A DNA stretch of 64,000 nucleotides. It comes from Mytilus californianus. Lineage: Eukaryota. Under the pieces are notes generated by a model that worked only from the letters and a program-made list of their open reading frames with translations, did no database searches and was not told the origin of the DNA. Location: positions 4,836,001 through 4,900,000 of the forward strand of contig NW_026262668.1 of NCBI RefSeq assembly GCF_021869535.1, read 5' to 3'. Positions 51,001-62,386 of the stretch are shown one piece after another (positions within the stretch are counted from its first letter, which is position 1; each line of letters begins with the position of its first letter). Position numbers and translations under genes: made by a program.

Positions 51001-54000
51001 GAGTTGATTTCCAGAACGGATATATTATTTAGCGGTGTCGAAATTAAAATGAAAGATATATGATATATTGATTTAATGCAAGTAATCTTGGAGGAGTACA
51101 TCCTTTGAAAGTTCGCATGTTTGCTTAAATGTCAAATTGTTTGGGATGCCAACTTTGCGGAGAATACTAAAAACGGGTAGTTACCGGGTTCTTCTATATC
51201 AATCACACGGTATTTAAGAGTAAGGATAAAAGACATTCTGGCAAAGAATAATGTTCCAAGGTAGGAAACATCTTCTTGCAGACAGTTAAGATTTAACATG
51301 TAAAGTAAATGGAGTCTACACAACAACAAAAAAAGATGTATGTCGTTTGCACTCAGCCAGCTTAAAATTAGACAATCATGAAAGAAATAAAATTAAAGGC
51401 AATCAAAATAAAGGTAGTTACGGAGACGGAAATACGTTCCTGTGTCCGATCGACCTACCAAACAAATACCAAGGAAACAACGCTTTTATTGCGTTTCTTC
51501 CTCTTGAAATAGTACAGCGGTGTTGCTCAGGCCATACTTTACCTGATCAACACTTCAAAAAAAAAGCTTACTTTTAGCTTCAACTTAAGACAACTACTAG
51601 CATGGATGTTTAATATTTACTTGATGTTCTACATCTCCACGTTCCCTGTAAAGAGTATTGTTTTAATTGGGTTACATGTTAATTCCTGGAATAACAATTT
51701 AGTGTAATTAACAGTCATACTGCAATTCCTGTTTTAAATTTTAATTCAAATATGTTCACCAGCTCTTTTCTCCCAAAATAAATGTGACTGTAATGCATTT
51801 GCATGGCGGTTGATACATTCTTAGCAAAAGACGCTTGCCCTGACGACGCATGCGGTCTCTTTCTGGTGCAGTTCATGTTGTCCTCTCAGTTTTGTTACCT
51901 TGAATTATCTTCTTAATCGATATACGACAATTGAGATCTTGTAAACTTATGTTGCCTTTATTTAAAGTCATACTATAAAAAAAGTATACAAAATGCTAAT
52001 AATATACTCTGAAACTATGAAACCATTGATACCAGAAAAGATACAAGATTGTATGAAAAGGTCAGCTTACAAAGGTAGTACATGAATAGACATCAATACT
52101 CAGACATGGTTATCATTACTTTTTCAATAAAAACTGAAACATACCTTGTTGATCAGTGACCATTGGATCTGTGTTGTCATTATCCTGAATTTGAAGCTCT
52201 GTTGACCCAGGTTCATTAATAGGTTTGTACTCTCCTATTGTTACTGAAAATGGAAAACGTTAAATTAGATTTTTCGCAGGTCCGATTCATAGGTCATGCG
52301 TACGTTTTTAATGATGTCTGATTTGTATGACATATACATTTCATTTGAAAGCACACCGGGTTGGGTCGAATTTCTATTGCTACTTTTTTAAGTTTTATTG
52401 TTGTCTTTCATTTAAGTTCTTTCAATGGTTTTCATTGTACTTTTTGATTTATCGTTTCGGTTATCCTCTTTATGAGTTAAGGATTACCCTGGTTGTGTTG
52501 ACCCAAACTGACAACATTCTGCATTGGGAATAAAAGGTAAAGTTTTTGTCTTGGTTTGAATCATTGCTGAATAAGGTTTAAAAAAGACATATGCTATGAT
52601 TTCCATGTTTACAACACATGTTTCCAAAATACGTTTCTGCAAACTTCCACGAAAACAAAGATATCTTTATAGATTATTTTGAAAAGGAATAAACATGTAA
52701 TACAATATCCTGAATATTACAATGAAGACTGAAAACCAATTTCCTATTGTTTCCTATCGTCAGATATAATTGATCCATTATGTTAGAAGCCAATGTTCTT
52801 TCATGTTATACGTATTGAAATGGTATGGCAAAAAAAATTTTTTTATAATATAGTCGATTGGGGGACTGTATACATATATTTAGCAAACCTGGTAGAAAAA
52901 TGATTCACAAATTTTCCGTATGAAGAAGGCCGCCTTTTCCTTCCTCGTCAAAAGTTATTAACCTTGACTCGGCGGTTGTCTTGCAAGAGACAGTTTTTGT
53001 TTACCCAAACCAGACTACCTAAATCCCCCTTTTTTCGGTTTTCTGCAAGGTTCGTGTCGCTCATTTTTAAGTTTTTTGGCGTATTGCTGTCTATTCTGGT
53101 GTTTTGGCCCTTGATTTCCCTTTGCAAACAACACCTTCTTTTTTTTCTTTCAAAACGAGGAATGTTAGCGAACATATCCTTGTTTTTGTGCTTAGGGCAT
53201 ACTTTTTTTATTCAAACATTTTACTTTTGAGACCTAAAGTGTTTGAAACTATTTATAAATACATTGGAAAGAAACAAATGAAGTTCGTATTTTGACGTTT
53301 AATATAGTAAAAGAAACTTTAGTAATACCTCCCCTTTTTAATCAATTCAGTGCAGGAAAGGGTGTAATGTTCAAATTCATATGACACAAGAGACTACATC
53401 GGTTTAAACAAAATCACTACGAACAAAGGTGCGAATCGGACACACGATTGATTTCTTTATCTCTCGGTAACGTGTCCTGTTTTTTTGTTCTTATTTTTAT
53501 CGTCGTTGATAAGTTTTGCATTACATTCCTATACAGGCAATAATATCAGTTTTTTTTTAAAACAAAAAACTTGAAAATCAACACCGTCACCTGAAAATTA
53601 TTAAAACTGTTGTAGCCCCTAGTTCATGAAGCACTTAGTAAATAAAGATCAAGATAATAAAGATTTAGTTGTGGTCCTCGTATTGCGGCATGATCCATCG
53701 AGCGTTAGAAGCATTATTTGAAACATGAGAAAAATGACTGTGAAATAAGTATTGACGCTGGCATAATTGAGAAGGTTAATTTAGAAAAGTTTTGCGAACA
53801 CACGAAATTTATAAAGTGTTATTTTCATTTGTCTTTATTTACTTTATATATGAATTTGATGATGAGATCAAACATGATAAATATACTATCAGTTAGAGAA
53901 TGAACTATATTATCGGAAACGTCTGAACGATTTTGACATAAGTAACGCTTCAAATGAAGGTGATGGTTAACTCTTCCGTGACATATAAGGTTATAAACGT

Positions 54001-55339
54001 ATTTCTTTCTTCTGGTGTTTATATTGAGCAATTTTTAGAAAATTGTCCACCAGACACCAATGACATATGAACTGTATGCCATTGTACGGCTTTAACAATT
54101 AGCAAAGCCATTACCTTATAGTAAGCTGCTATATATTCGTAAATGAAGTGTCGATTTTATCTTTCCGCTAAACAAGATTTTCAGTCTATTTTTTTTATTT
54201 GTTTTGGTTTTCAATCCACTTGAACTTTGTTTTGATTTTGCTATCCATTTTTTTTATTTGAGCACCGCTTATAAGTCTACAGTAGACAAAACGAGAATTT
54301 TGCGGATATAATAATGAGCCTGGTTTCTTGTATGGGCTATTACCATTTATCTAGGTTTGGCAGACATTTAAACGTCAGTAAAATTTGTTTGATTTAGCCT
54401 TCTTTTTTTTTGATTTCAGACTTTTTCAGATAATGTTATTTCTCCTTTTGACCAAAAAGTACCGGCACTCACCATACTGCAAGGTTTTTTGCAAGATATT
54501 TTTTTCGTTTTTTTTTCATTGTATAACCAAAAAAGCCTAATGATTCCATAGCACATGGATACATTGGCTTGCATCAATTCTATTCGAACTATCATATAGA
54601 TGTTATAAAAATACAATACCTTCTTTTTTTAAATCTAAATGAGAAAAATAATTAACAAAGAACAAAGGAGAAAGATGTAAATAATAACAGGCCTTTGACA
54701 ATAAACATTAATGCGTATGGGCTCATACAACGTTTTTAGATCTACGAACTTTTGATATTTCAAGAGAGTTTCATACAATAGTGATGACGATGGAAATTGT
54801 TTACTCATAAACGTATGGAAACATTCACGGATCGTTTGTAGGAAAGATATTAATCAAGCTTGTTCGTTTACATTTAGGAGAAAAGTTTAAAATACCTGAT
54901 GATCGCCAAGGCAAAATATCGCGTTACTTTGACCATGCCATATAAACACAATATTGTGTTACTTTGACCATTGCATATAAACACAATATCGCGTTACTTT
55001 GACCATGTCATATGAACACAATGTCGCGTTACTTTGACCATGTCATATAAACAAGAAGTTTTAACTTACTTGTGTACGGTCTCACATAGAAAGCCGACAT
55101 TCCCTCGGTCTTTGAAAATACAAAATCATGACATGACAATATTATACCATCTTCTAGATTTCCAAGGAGTGAACACTCCTGAAGTGTCCAATTGTAGTTG
55201 AATCCAGCACAGCTTATGCCATAAGTTAGTAAAGCAATACATTGTTCCTCACATTCGACTGTACTGCTTACTGAGATGTTTTTCAGCGATACTTTGTTTA
55301 CAATCATAGAATTACCATTTTCAATAAAAGGAATTATTT
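41934..55339 (-). CDS. Gene 2 (spliced, 5'-incomplete): paralogue of gene 1, PAN/apple-stalk-TM-tail without tail tyrosine motifs
   Basis: Manual complement(join(41934-42080,44516-44631,49012-49077,52145-52243,55070-55339)), 698 nt, GT-AG introns, phases identical to gene 1. The upstream (presumably CTLD) exons were not found up to 64000. Confidence 0.85.
43630..44345 (+). mobile_element. Penelope-like 3' end remnant (family C) with a 32-bp tandem amplification
   Basis: Family C text (..gccatggcattttcagtttgttctcgactattaagtttgaatgtctctttggtat..) also occurs at about 5640-5815, 16130-16520(-), 23380-23560(-), 25540-25730(-), 39690-39915(-), 49560-49930(-), 52960-53160 and 60005-60105. Confidence 0.6.
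44212..44342. repeat. Minisatellite, 32 bp x4
   Basis: gttttcgttttttgccctggcgttgtcagttt, amplified from family C sequence. Confidence 0.95.
44516..44631 (-). CDS. Gene 2 exon: transmembrane helix
   Basis: Acceptor cttgtttctaatag|GA; donor GAT|gtaagt; 116 nt, phase 1 to 0. GRLLTIIMGLISAVSCGILIYKAPPVLNKVKNMVVSLAD. Confidence 0.9.
45080..48171. mobile_element. CACTA (EnSpm/CMC-type) DNA transposon, non-autonomous or decayed, 3092 bp, in a gene 2 intron
   Basis: TIRs CACTACTGTAACAA (45080-45093) and TTGTCACAGTAGTG (48158-48171), 13/14 match. Subterminal arrays (c)cgtgaaaagg on the left and ggccttttcac on the right are in opposite orientation. The 3-bp flanks are cag/tag (one mismatch). Confidence 0.85.
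49012..49077 (-). CDS. Gene 2 exon: Thr-rich stalk
   Basis: Acceptor gaacatttaaag|CT; donor CAG|gtatga; 66 nt, phase 1-1. ASTLEKTATTTKPTRPDGGNAA. Confidence 0.8.
49237..49457. repeat. Minisatellite, 58 bp x ~3.8
   Basis: aatcaaacattatagtcaaaattgggcaacagtagttaaccgatgttcacacatgggt, with starts at 49237, 49295 and onward. Confidence 0.95.
52145..52243 (-). CDS. Gene 2 exon: stalk 1
   Basis: Acceptor ttttccattttcag|TA; donor AAG|gtatgt; 99 nt, phase 1-1. ITIGEYKPINEPGSTELQIQDNDNTDPMVTDQQ. Confidence 0.85.
54916..55053. repeat. Minisatellite, 35 bp x4, next to the gene 2 PAN exon donor
   Basis: atatcgcgttactttgaccatgccatataaacaca and variants. Confidence 0.95.
55070..55339 (-). CDS. Gene 2 exon: PAN/apple domain
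   Basis: Acceptor ttttatgtatttccag|AA (homologous to gene 1 context); donor A|gtaagt; 270 nt, phase 1-1. EIIPFIENGNSMIVNKVSLKNISVSSTVECEEQCIALLTYGISCAGFNYNWTLQECSLLGNLEDGIILSCHDFVFSKTEGMSAFYVRPYT. Confidence 0.9.
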
Positions 55340-56479
55340 CTGGAAATACATAAAATATATAAAATTACAGATGCAAACGCAAAATAATCCAAAGTGTTCA
55401 CGAATTTTTATCGATTGTCAATATTCGGAGAATAACAAATAAAGGGGCGGTTTTATATTATGTGCTTTTTAAGTTTATTATTGTGCTTATCTGTACAAGA
55501 TTAGGGTAGGGTTAAGAGGTAAGAAACATGTTTAACCCACCACATTGTGCCTGTTGTTACTGGTATCCGATTGTCTGTAATATTTGTTTTTGTTTGTTTT
55601 TGTTATTGTTTGCTATCCTTTGAACTGTTTTACATTTTGTCATAGGTAGGCCCTTAATAGCTTTCTTTACGGTATGGGTTTTCCTTATTGATGAATGCCA
55701 TTAGCTCTTTGATTCATTGTCCTTGTCAGGTACTTTAATGTAAATTCAAAAAGCGTGAAGTTCGTAAGGACTGACAAAATCAAACGTTAGGTTATGTCAA
55801 TCAACGGCACGAATAGAACTCAATTGTCATATTCCTGACTGCGTACAGGCAATTTCCAAAGAGAATCCATGGTTTTATAGCAAGCTTAACCTCCAACTTG
55901 TATTACAGTTGTCTTTAGTTCCGTTATATTGACACAATATTGACACAATTTGGGTGAGCAACCCAAACAGAGATAAAAGGTTATTGTTACAATAATTGTG
56001 ATTCAGCCACAAACACTGTATAAACATACATCACAGACATACAACACTACTGATTAAACAAATCCGACAAACTTACGAATAGATCTTAAAAAAAAAACGC
56101 CAACAAATAAGTTTTTGTAGCTGATATTACGTACAGTATATAAAAAAGGGACGAAAGATACCAGAGGGGCAGTCAAACTCATAGAATAGATATATAGTAT
56201 AAACATTCTCGACAAAGTACAAATTAAGTCAAATATAAAGACAAGGTTAAACAAAATGAAAACAACACTATGAAACCTTCTTATGTCCGAATCACACCTC
56301 TGAGCCTATCTGTACCAGGAACACCCAAAGCCAGAAACCCCGATAGCTGAATGCCTAAATACCAAGTCATGTCAAGTGTTATACGACCAAAAGGAATATA
56401 ATAGCACAAAACAAACAAAGGGAAAACTGTTCAGGCAACTTCAGCACCTAGAGTCTGTAACACGAGGCCATTTTGTTTT

Positions 56480-56870
56480 ATTTGTGAAGTAGACACGGAA
56501 TATTTAGCTATTGGCACATCAGTCTTTTGCTCAGACACCGATGACGTTGTAATAAAGTGTGATTAGCAGCTGCAATCTCTTGAATATCGTATGAGTTTCT
56601 AAATGTATACTTCATACGCGGGGTAACACTGCTGCTCAGGTTAGGAAAATTTATAACTTAGGAATTGAAATCATTTCGTCAAAGATTCGGGTACTGAGAT
56701 GACCGTTGTAGTCAATTTCGAGGTATATGTCTAGAAATGAGGCGAAGGAATCTGTATCTGAGATTTCTTTAATCACTGGTTTGGAAGGATTTATAAATGG
56801 GACCCAATCGGAAAAGTTTGGATTGCTAATTGAAATAACAAGTGTCTGAAGGACTCCAAATGATAGATAA
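56480..56870 (-). mobile_element. Decayed Penelope-like RT fragment (second subfamily)
   Basis: The minus strand translates with stops and shifts to ISNPNFSDWVPFINPS..IKEISDTDSFASFLDIYLEIDYNGHLSTRIFD...VINFPNLSS...LIRYSR, homologous to the RT C-terminal half at 9453-9824. Confidence 0.75.
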
Positions 56871-57583
56871 GTGTCACAGCATGTTTGATTCTCCCCTACT
56901 GTTTCGATTAGATCAGTACTGACCAGTCTTCTATAGACAAAACGCGCGTTTGGGGTACCAAATTATAAGCCTGGTATCTGTTGAAATTTAACAACCATTT
57001 GGTTAATTCCACTGCCGGTGAATTTTTCGTCACGGACGGTTTTACCATCCCACTAGTCAGTAGTTTTTTCTTGATATGGATATAATTGTAAGATGAATTT
57101 CTGTGAACTTACTGTTTATGAAATGTTGAATTATCTAGTAGACTACGCGTGAGACATATTCTCCTTATTTTGCACCACTTTCAGAATTTTCGGTTTTTAT
57201 TGCTTATGTAGATGAAATGCGAGCATAGTGTACCAAAATATTGCTGGTTTTGATGATCTTCATTTCCGTAATGATTTGGCCAGATTAAATTCGAGAGCTA
57301 CTGATGATTTCTATATAGAAGAAATGTGCAATGGCGACGACAAAAAAATAAGTAAACAAATCATCAACCAGAAAACGAAATACTGAGCAACACAATCACC
57401 ACCAAGAGTGTGCTGACATCAAGTGTTAAAATGCAAAGTTTGGCAGTTCAGTAATTTCTAATGCATTCAAAAGAAATAATGTTTATTGAATTTACATTGC
57501 GGAGACAGAACTTTAAGCATACATTTGTAAAAATCAAAACAAATCTACTTCAAATCAGTGCTTTTATTGACAATGTTGGGGTA

Positions 57584-58745
57584 GTAGTCATTTCGTACCT
57601 CTGTAATTTCGTACCCCAAATTACCATTTCTCACCCAAAATTACCTTTTCGTACCACAAATTACTATTTCGTACCCAAAATTATCATTTCGTACCCAAAA
57701 TTATCATTTCGTACCCAAAATTATCATTTAGTTCCAAACAATTATCATTTCTTACCCACGATCAAAACCATTGTGTACCTTATGGGCCAGCTGCATATAC
57801 CATTTCGTACTACATATACTGAAAACATGTTTATTTTTTCGTATCATTTATTTGTAAATCATTGAAATTTTGTACCAACAACTCTATTGGAGATTTTGAA
57901 AAAACACAAATTTATCATTCAACAATGGAAAGATCCTTCATACTGCCTCATTTGAAGTTTACAAAATGGTTTGTAATGCATAATGGTACATTCAACAAGA
58001 TATGAATGCTATTATTTTCTTTAGAAAAATAGGTTAAATACGTTATAAAACAATTTGAGATAATCTATTTTTAAAAAGATAATTATAAAAATCAAATACC
58101 TCCAGTAGTACAAATTTTCTAAATAGCTATGCTTGGTTTTATTAAGCAGCACATGCGAACCTGAATATAATTTTAATTACACTTTATTTGTTTGCAGGGT
58201 TTATCCTTCTTTCATTTAATTTTTCAACTCTAAAAATATGTGGTTTATTAACCAACGATGAAGATTACTTGTCTGCAACTGTAGTTTTTGCCTGAAAATG
58301 CAATCATTTTTTTATACTAGTTTGTTCTTATGTTGTACTGTTACACCACTGTCCCAGGTTAGGGAGAGGATTGAGCGCTCACAAACATGTTTAACTCCGC
58401 CGCATTTTATATGTGCCTTTCCCAAGTCAGGAGCCTGTAGTTTAGTGGTTGCTGTTGGTTCATGTTTGTCATATTTATTTTTCATAAACTGTTTTGTTAT
58501 GAATTAGGCCGTTAGTTTTCCCAATTGAATTGTTTCATATTTTTCATGTCGGGGCCTTTTAAAGCTGACCACACGGTATGGGTTTTTCTCATTGTTGAAG
58601 GCCGTACGGTTGCCTATAATTGCTTACACACTTCATTTTAACTTTGGTGGATAGTTGTCTCATTGGCAATCATACCACATCTCCTTATTTTTATATATAT
58701 AAATATTCTATGAGTTACGAAATGGTAATGGTACGAAATGACTAC
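57584..58745. mobile_element. TA-flanked TIR element with internal 21-bp tandem array; carries a nested family A repeat
   Basis: ta|GTAGTCATTTCGTACC (57584-57599) ... GGTACGAAATGACTAC|ta (58730-58745). Repeats of atttcgtacccaaaattatc lie at 57606-57760. Confidence 0.75.
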
Positions 58746-58989
58746 TATTCAATTAAAAGATCGATATCAAAATCGATGGAATTTTTGGATTATTAGCGAA
58801 CATGTGGTTTATCTCATGCTTTTTCAAAACTAAATTAAAAAGTATAGAACACTGACATTTTTATCAAGTTTAAAATTGCACAAAATTGTCAGATTGTTTA
58901 TTAATTATAAATGAAAAAAAGAGAAGCAAAAGATACCAAAGGGACATTCAAACTCATAATAATAATAATAATAAATTCTTTATTTTCAA

Positions 58990-59750
58990 AAGGATAGAAG
59001 GACAGACATTGCTGGTAATTTAATCCCATCTGGCATGGTAAGCGGACCATGAAATTTTTGTCTCACCTTCAGCCTTAACACTTGAATTTCCGCAACATCT
59101 TTAAGTCATTTGACTTCCCCTTTTAATGCAACTGGGAATGAAGACATATCAATTGATAGTTCTCCTTCCGCCAACATGGCAAATGGGATATCTGGTTCGT
59201 TGAATCTCATAACATCTGGTGGTAGATTCAAATAACTCTCTGGTAAAAAGCATTTTAAAATAGCTTCAAATTGATAAAATGTTTGAAAAACCCCGAGTTT
59301 GAACATCCTATGAAATATGTTGGAATAAATTGATACCGGCACCATGAATTGAATCGATTGATGATATACTACTTAAATTGCTGTAAATGGTATCTACAGC
59401 AGACGAAGTTAAAAGGTTTTTCGGTAGATTGGTAGGACAAACAATACCTTCCAGCTGGATATAACGACGACAAGCATCATTGGCCATAGAACTAGAAATT
59501 TCTAAGTTTGACGTTTTCAAGTCTTACAGTGGGTCACGATACCTAAAGAAGCACAAACTGGGGGTTCATGGTCTTTCATGTGACGGTTGGATTGTTTCTT
59601 TGTACAATTTTACACCCAAAGCTGTGCTAGTGTTAATTTCGACTGTGAATATATACGATCCCGAATGTTGGGTCCATACTGAGTCATACTGACTAAAGAA
59701 ATCAATGACTGTGGAACAGAAGCTTCTAAGGATTTTCATAGATAGCATCA
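58990..59750 (-). pseudogene. Decayed fragment of a large transposase-like protein (copy 1)
   Basis: Across frameshifts and stops: HE..HEPPVCASLGIVTHCKT; EISSSMANDACRRYIQLEGIVCPTNLPKNLLTSSAVDTIYSNLSSISSIDSIHGAGINLFQH; LPESYLNLPP; EVK(W)LKDV; ISWSAYHA; LPAMSVLL. These recall a widespread invertebrate DNA-transposon-derived protein family (from memory, DNIDHNPSS..SFHGTGISLFQH); superfamily not assigned. Confidence 0.65.
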
Positions 59751-61285
59751 TATTAAAAAAAAATCATTAGCTTTATACCTAACACTGCAATTTTTCATGC
59801 TTTAACTATGAAGTGGTCAATTATACCAATATATAATTATTTGACTTAGCCCTTTTGGCTGTTGGCGGCAATTTTGAATTTGGCGTTCATTATAGAATTT
59901 GTATAGATGGCTCCATATCCAAAAATGTTTCTAAGCATCATAACTAACGCTGTAAAAAGTTTCATGCTTTTACCATAAAGTGATCAATTGTGCCAAAATA
60001 TTAGACTTTGCCGTCTGTTTGTCTTTTTCTTTTTTAGCCATGGCGTTGTCAGTTGATTTTCGACTTTGAGTTTGAATTTCCCTTTGGTATCCATCGCCTT
60101 TATGTTAGATTTGTATATTTTATCAAAGACAAACCGATTGCTTTCTGCTATTTTACAATCCAAGATTGCAGAAGACTCCCAAATTATCTCAACAAATTAA
60201 CTGAGTATTTAAAGAGATGTTAGGTGTTTTAGATTAGAACGTAATGCATTGTATACAACGGTAATTTTAGTGTTATCTTATTTCATTCTTCAATTCGTGC
60301 TATATAAGTATGACGTAGAGCAATTGTTGTATCTTGTAAACTTTTATTATTCTGTACACTTAATAGCAAGCTTAAAACGCAGTTGCATCATACGACTTTG
60401 AAACTTCCATTATCATTTATAAGACTAGTAGCAAAACAAATAAACGTTGAAAGGCCAACTATGTTATCAAAAATTCCACTATGAAGTTCTTTGAGTACAC
60501 ACCCGTAGTAGTATGAATATATTGATATTTCAGCTGATCGTCAACATCATGGATTGTTTAGGCTGTTCGATTCTTACTCCCAAGTCTTTTGCTTTTTTTA
60601 GAATGAATTACCCGAGATCAGACGATGTAAATGACATCATTTAACGATGACGTAAAAATATAAGCATTCTATAGGAAAATGCACGAGTTTGAAACTGAAA
60701 ATCATTAAAACATGCAAATATAAACAAAGAATGATAAGACTTTGTTGAAACCCCATTTTCTTAAATAAAAGTAAGATAATCTATTACTTTCGTTTAAACC
60801 TGTCTACATAGCTTAAGATTTACCCGTATGCCTAGGAACTATTTTGTTTTAAATATGTACTACTTTCTAGTATGTTCTTTTTTTACCGGACCCGATTAGG
60901 TAGTGTTATATCTTATAAAGTCTATCTAACTTATTTTTGCAAAGAATTTAGGGCAAGGGACCGTCTTAAACTTGCAGTGAGGTAAGAGGTTTTGTTTTCT
61001 TCGTGTTGAAGGCCTCACTGTGACTTTAAGATGAAGAACAGCAATAAAAGCGCTATTCCTTTGCTTTTTGTATGTGTGTTTTTTTTTTGTGCATGTACTG
61101 GTTTTGAGTCATGGAAGGATACCCCATATCCTTTGTTTTCTATTAAGTATGTTGTTGTTAATCATTTAAGCGTGTCACTTATTCTTTTCTTTTTTAGTAT
61201 ATTACGTCTATATTAATAGTACGTTCAATAACGGGAACATTAAACATTTCCCTTCAAATAAAGCGCTTCGAAACCAAAAACAAAT

Positions 61286-61446
61286 ATAAATAATTCATGG
61301 GGGCTTGAATTAATATTGATTTTATCACCTGTTGGCCCTTTATTCTGATATTTTACCCTTCGTTGTCTCTCGTGGTAAAATATTTAGCATAAAGGACAAA
61401 CACGTGGCAAAAGCACAATACATTCAAGCCCCCATGAATTATTTCT
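61286..61446. mobile_element. Small MITE with 23-bp perfect TIR (second copy starts ~63922, cut by the window end)
   Basis: aaataattcatgggggcttgaat (61288-61310) / attcaagcccccatgaattattt (61422-61444). Confidence 0.7.
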
Positions 61447-61625
61447 TAGGTAAAATAACTAAAATACCGAGCTCCATGAAAAATTCAAAACGGAAAGTCC
61501 CTTATCGAATGGTAAAATCAAAAAATCAAACACATCAAACGAACGGAAAACAAGAGAAGCAAAAGATACCAAAGGGACATTCAAACTCATAATAATAATA
61601 ATAATAATAAATTCTTTATTTTCAA

Positions 61626-62386
61626 AAGGATAGAAGGACAGACATTGCTGGTAATTTAATCCCATCTGGCATGGTAAGCGGACCATGAAATTTTTGTCTC
61701 ACCTTCAGCCTTAACACTTGAATTTCCGCAACATCTTTAAGTCATTTGACTTCCCCTTTTAATGCAACTGGGAATGAAGACATATCAATTGATAGTTCTC
61801 CTTCCGCCAACATGGCAAATGGGATATCTGGTTCGTTGAATCTCATAACATCTGGTGGTAGATTCAAATAACTCTCTGGTAAAAAGCATTTTAAAATAGC
61901 TTCAAATTGATAAAATGTTTGAAAAACCCCGAGTTTGAACATCCTATGAAATATGTTGGAATAAATTGATACCGGCACCATGAATTGAATCGATTGATGA
62001 TATACTACTTAAATTGCTGTAAATGGTATCTACAGCAGACGAAGTTAAAAGGTTTTTCGGTAGATTGGTAGGACAAACAATACCTTCCAGCTGGATATAA
62101 CGACGACAAGCATCATTGGCCATAGAACTAGAAATTTCTAAGTTTGACGTTTTCAAGTCTTACAGTGGGTCACGATACCTAAAGAAGCACAAACTGGGGG
62201 TTCATGGTCTTTCATGTGACGGTTGGATTGTTTCTTTGTACAATTTTACACCCAAAGCTGTGCTAGTGTTAATTTCGACTGTGAATATATACGATCCCGA
62301 ATGTTGGGTCCATACTGAGTCATACTGACTAAAGAAATCAATGACTGTGGAACAGAAGCTTCTAAGGATTTTCATAGATAGCATCA
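61626..62386 (-). pseudogene. Decayed transposase-like fragment (copy 2, in the tandem duplicate)
   Basis: Matches 58990-59750 at offset +2636, including the same disabling lesions. Confidence 0.65.
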
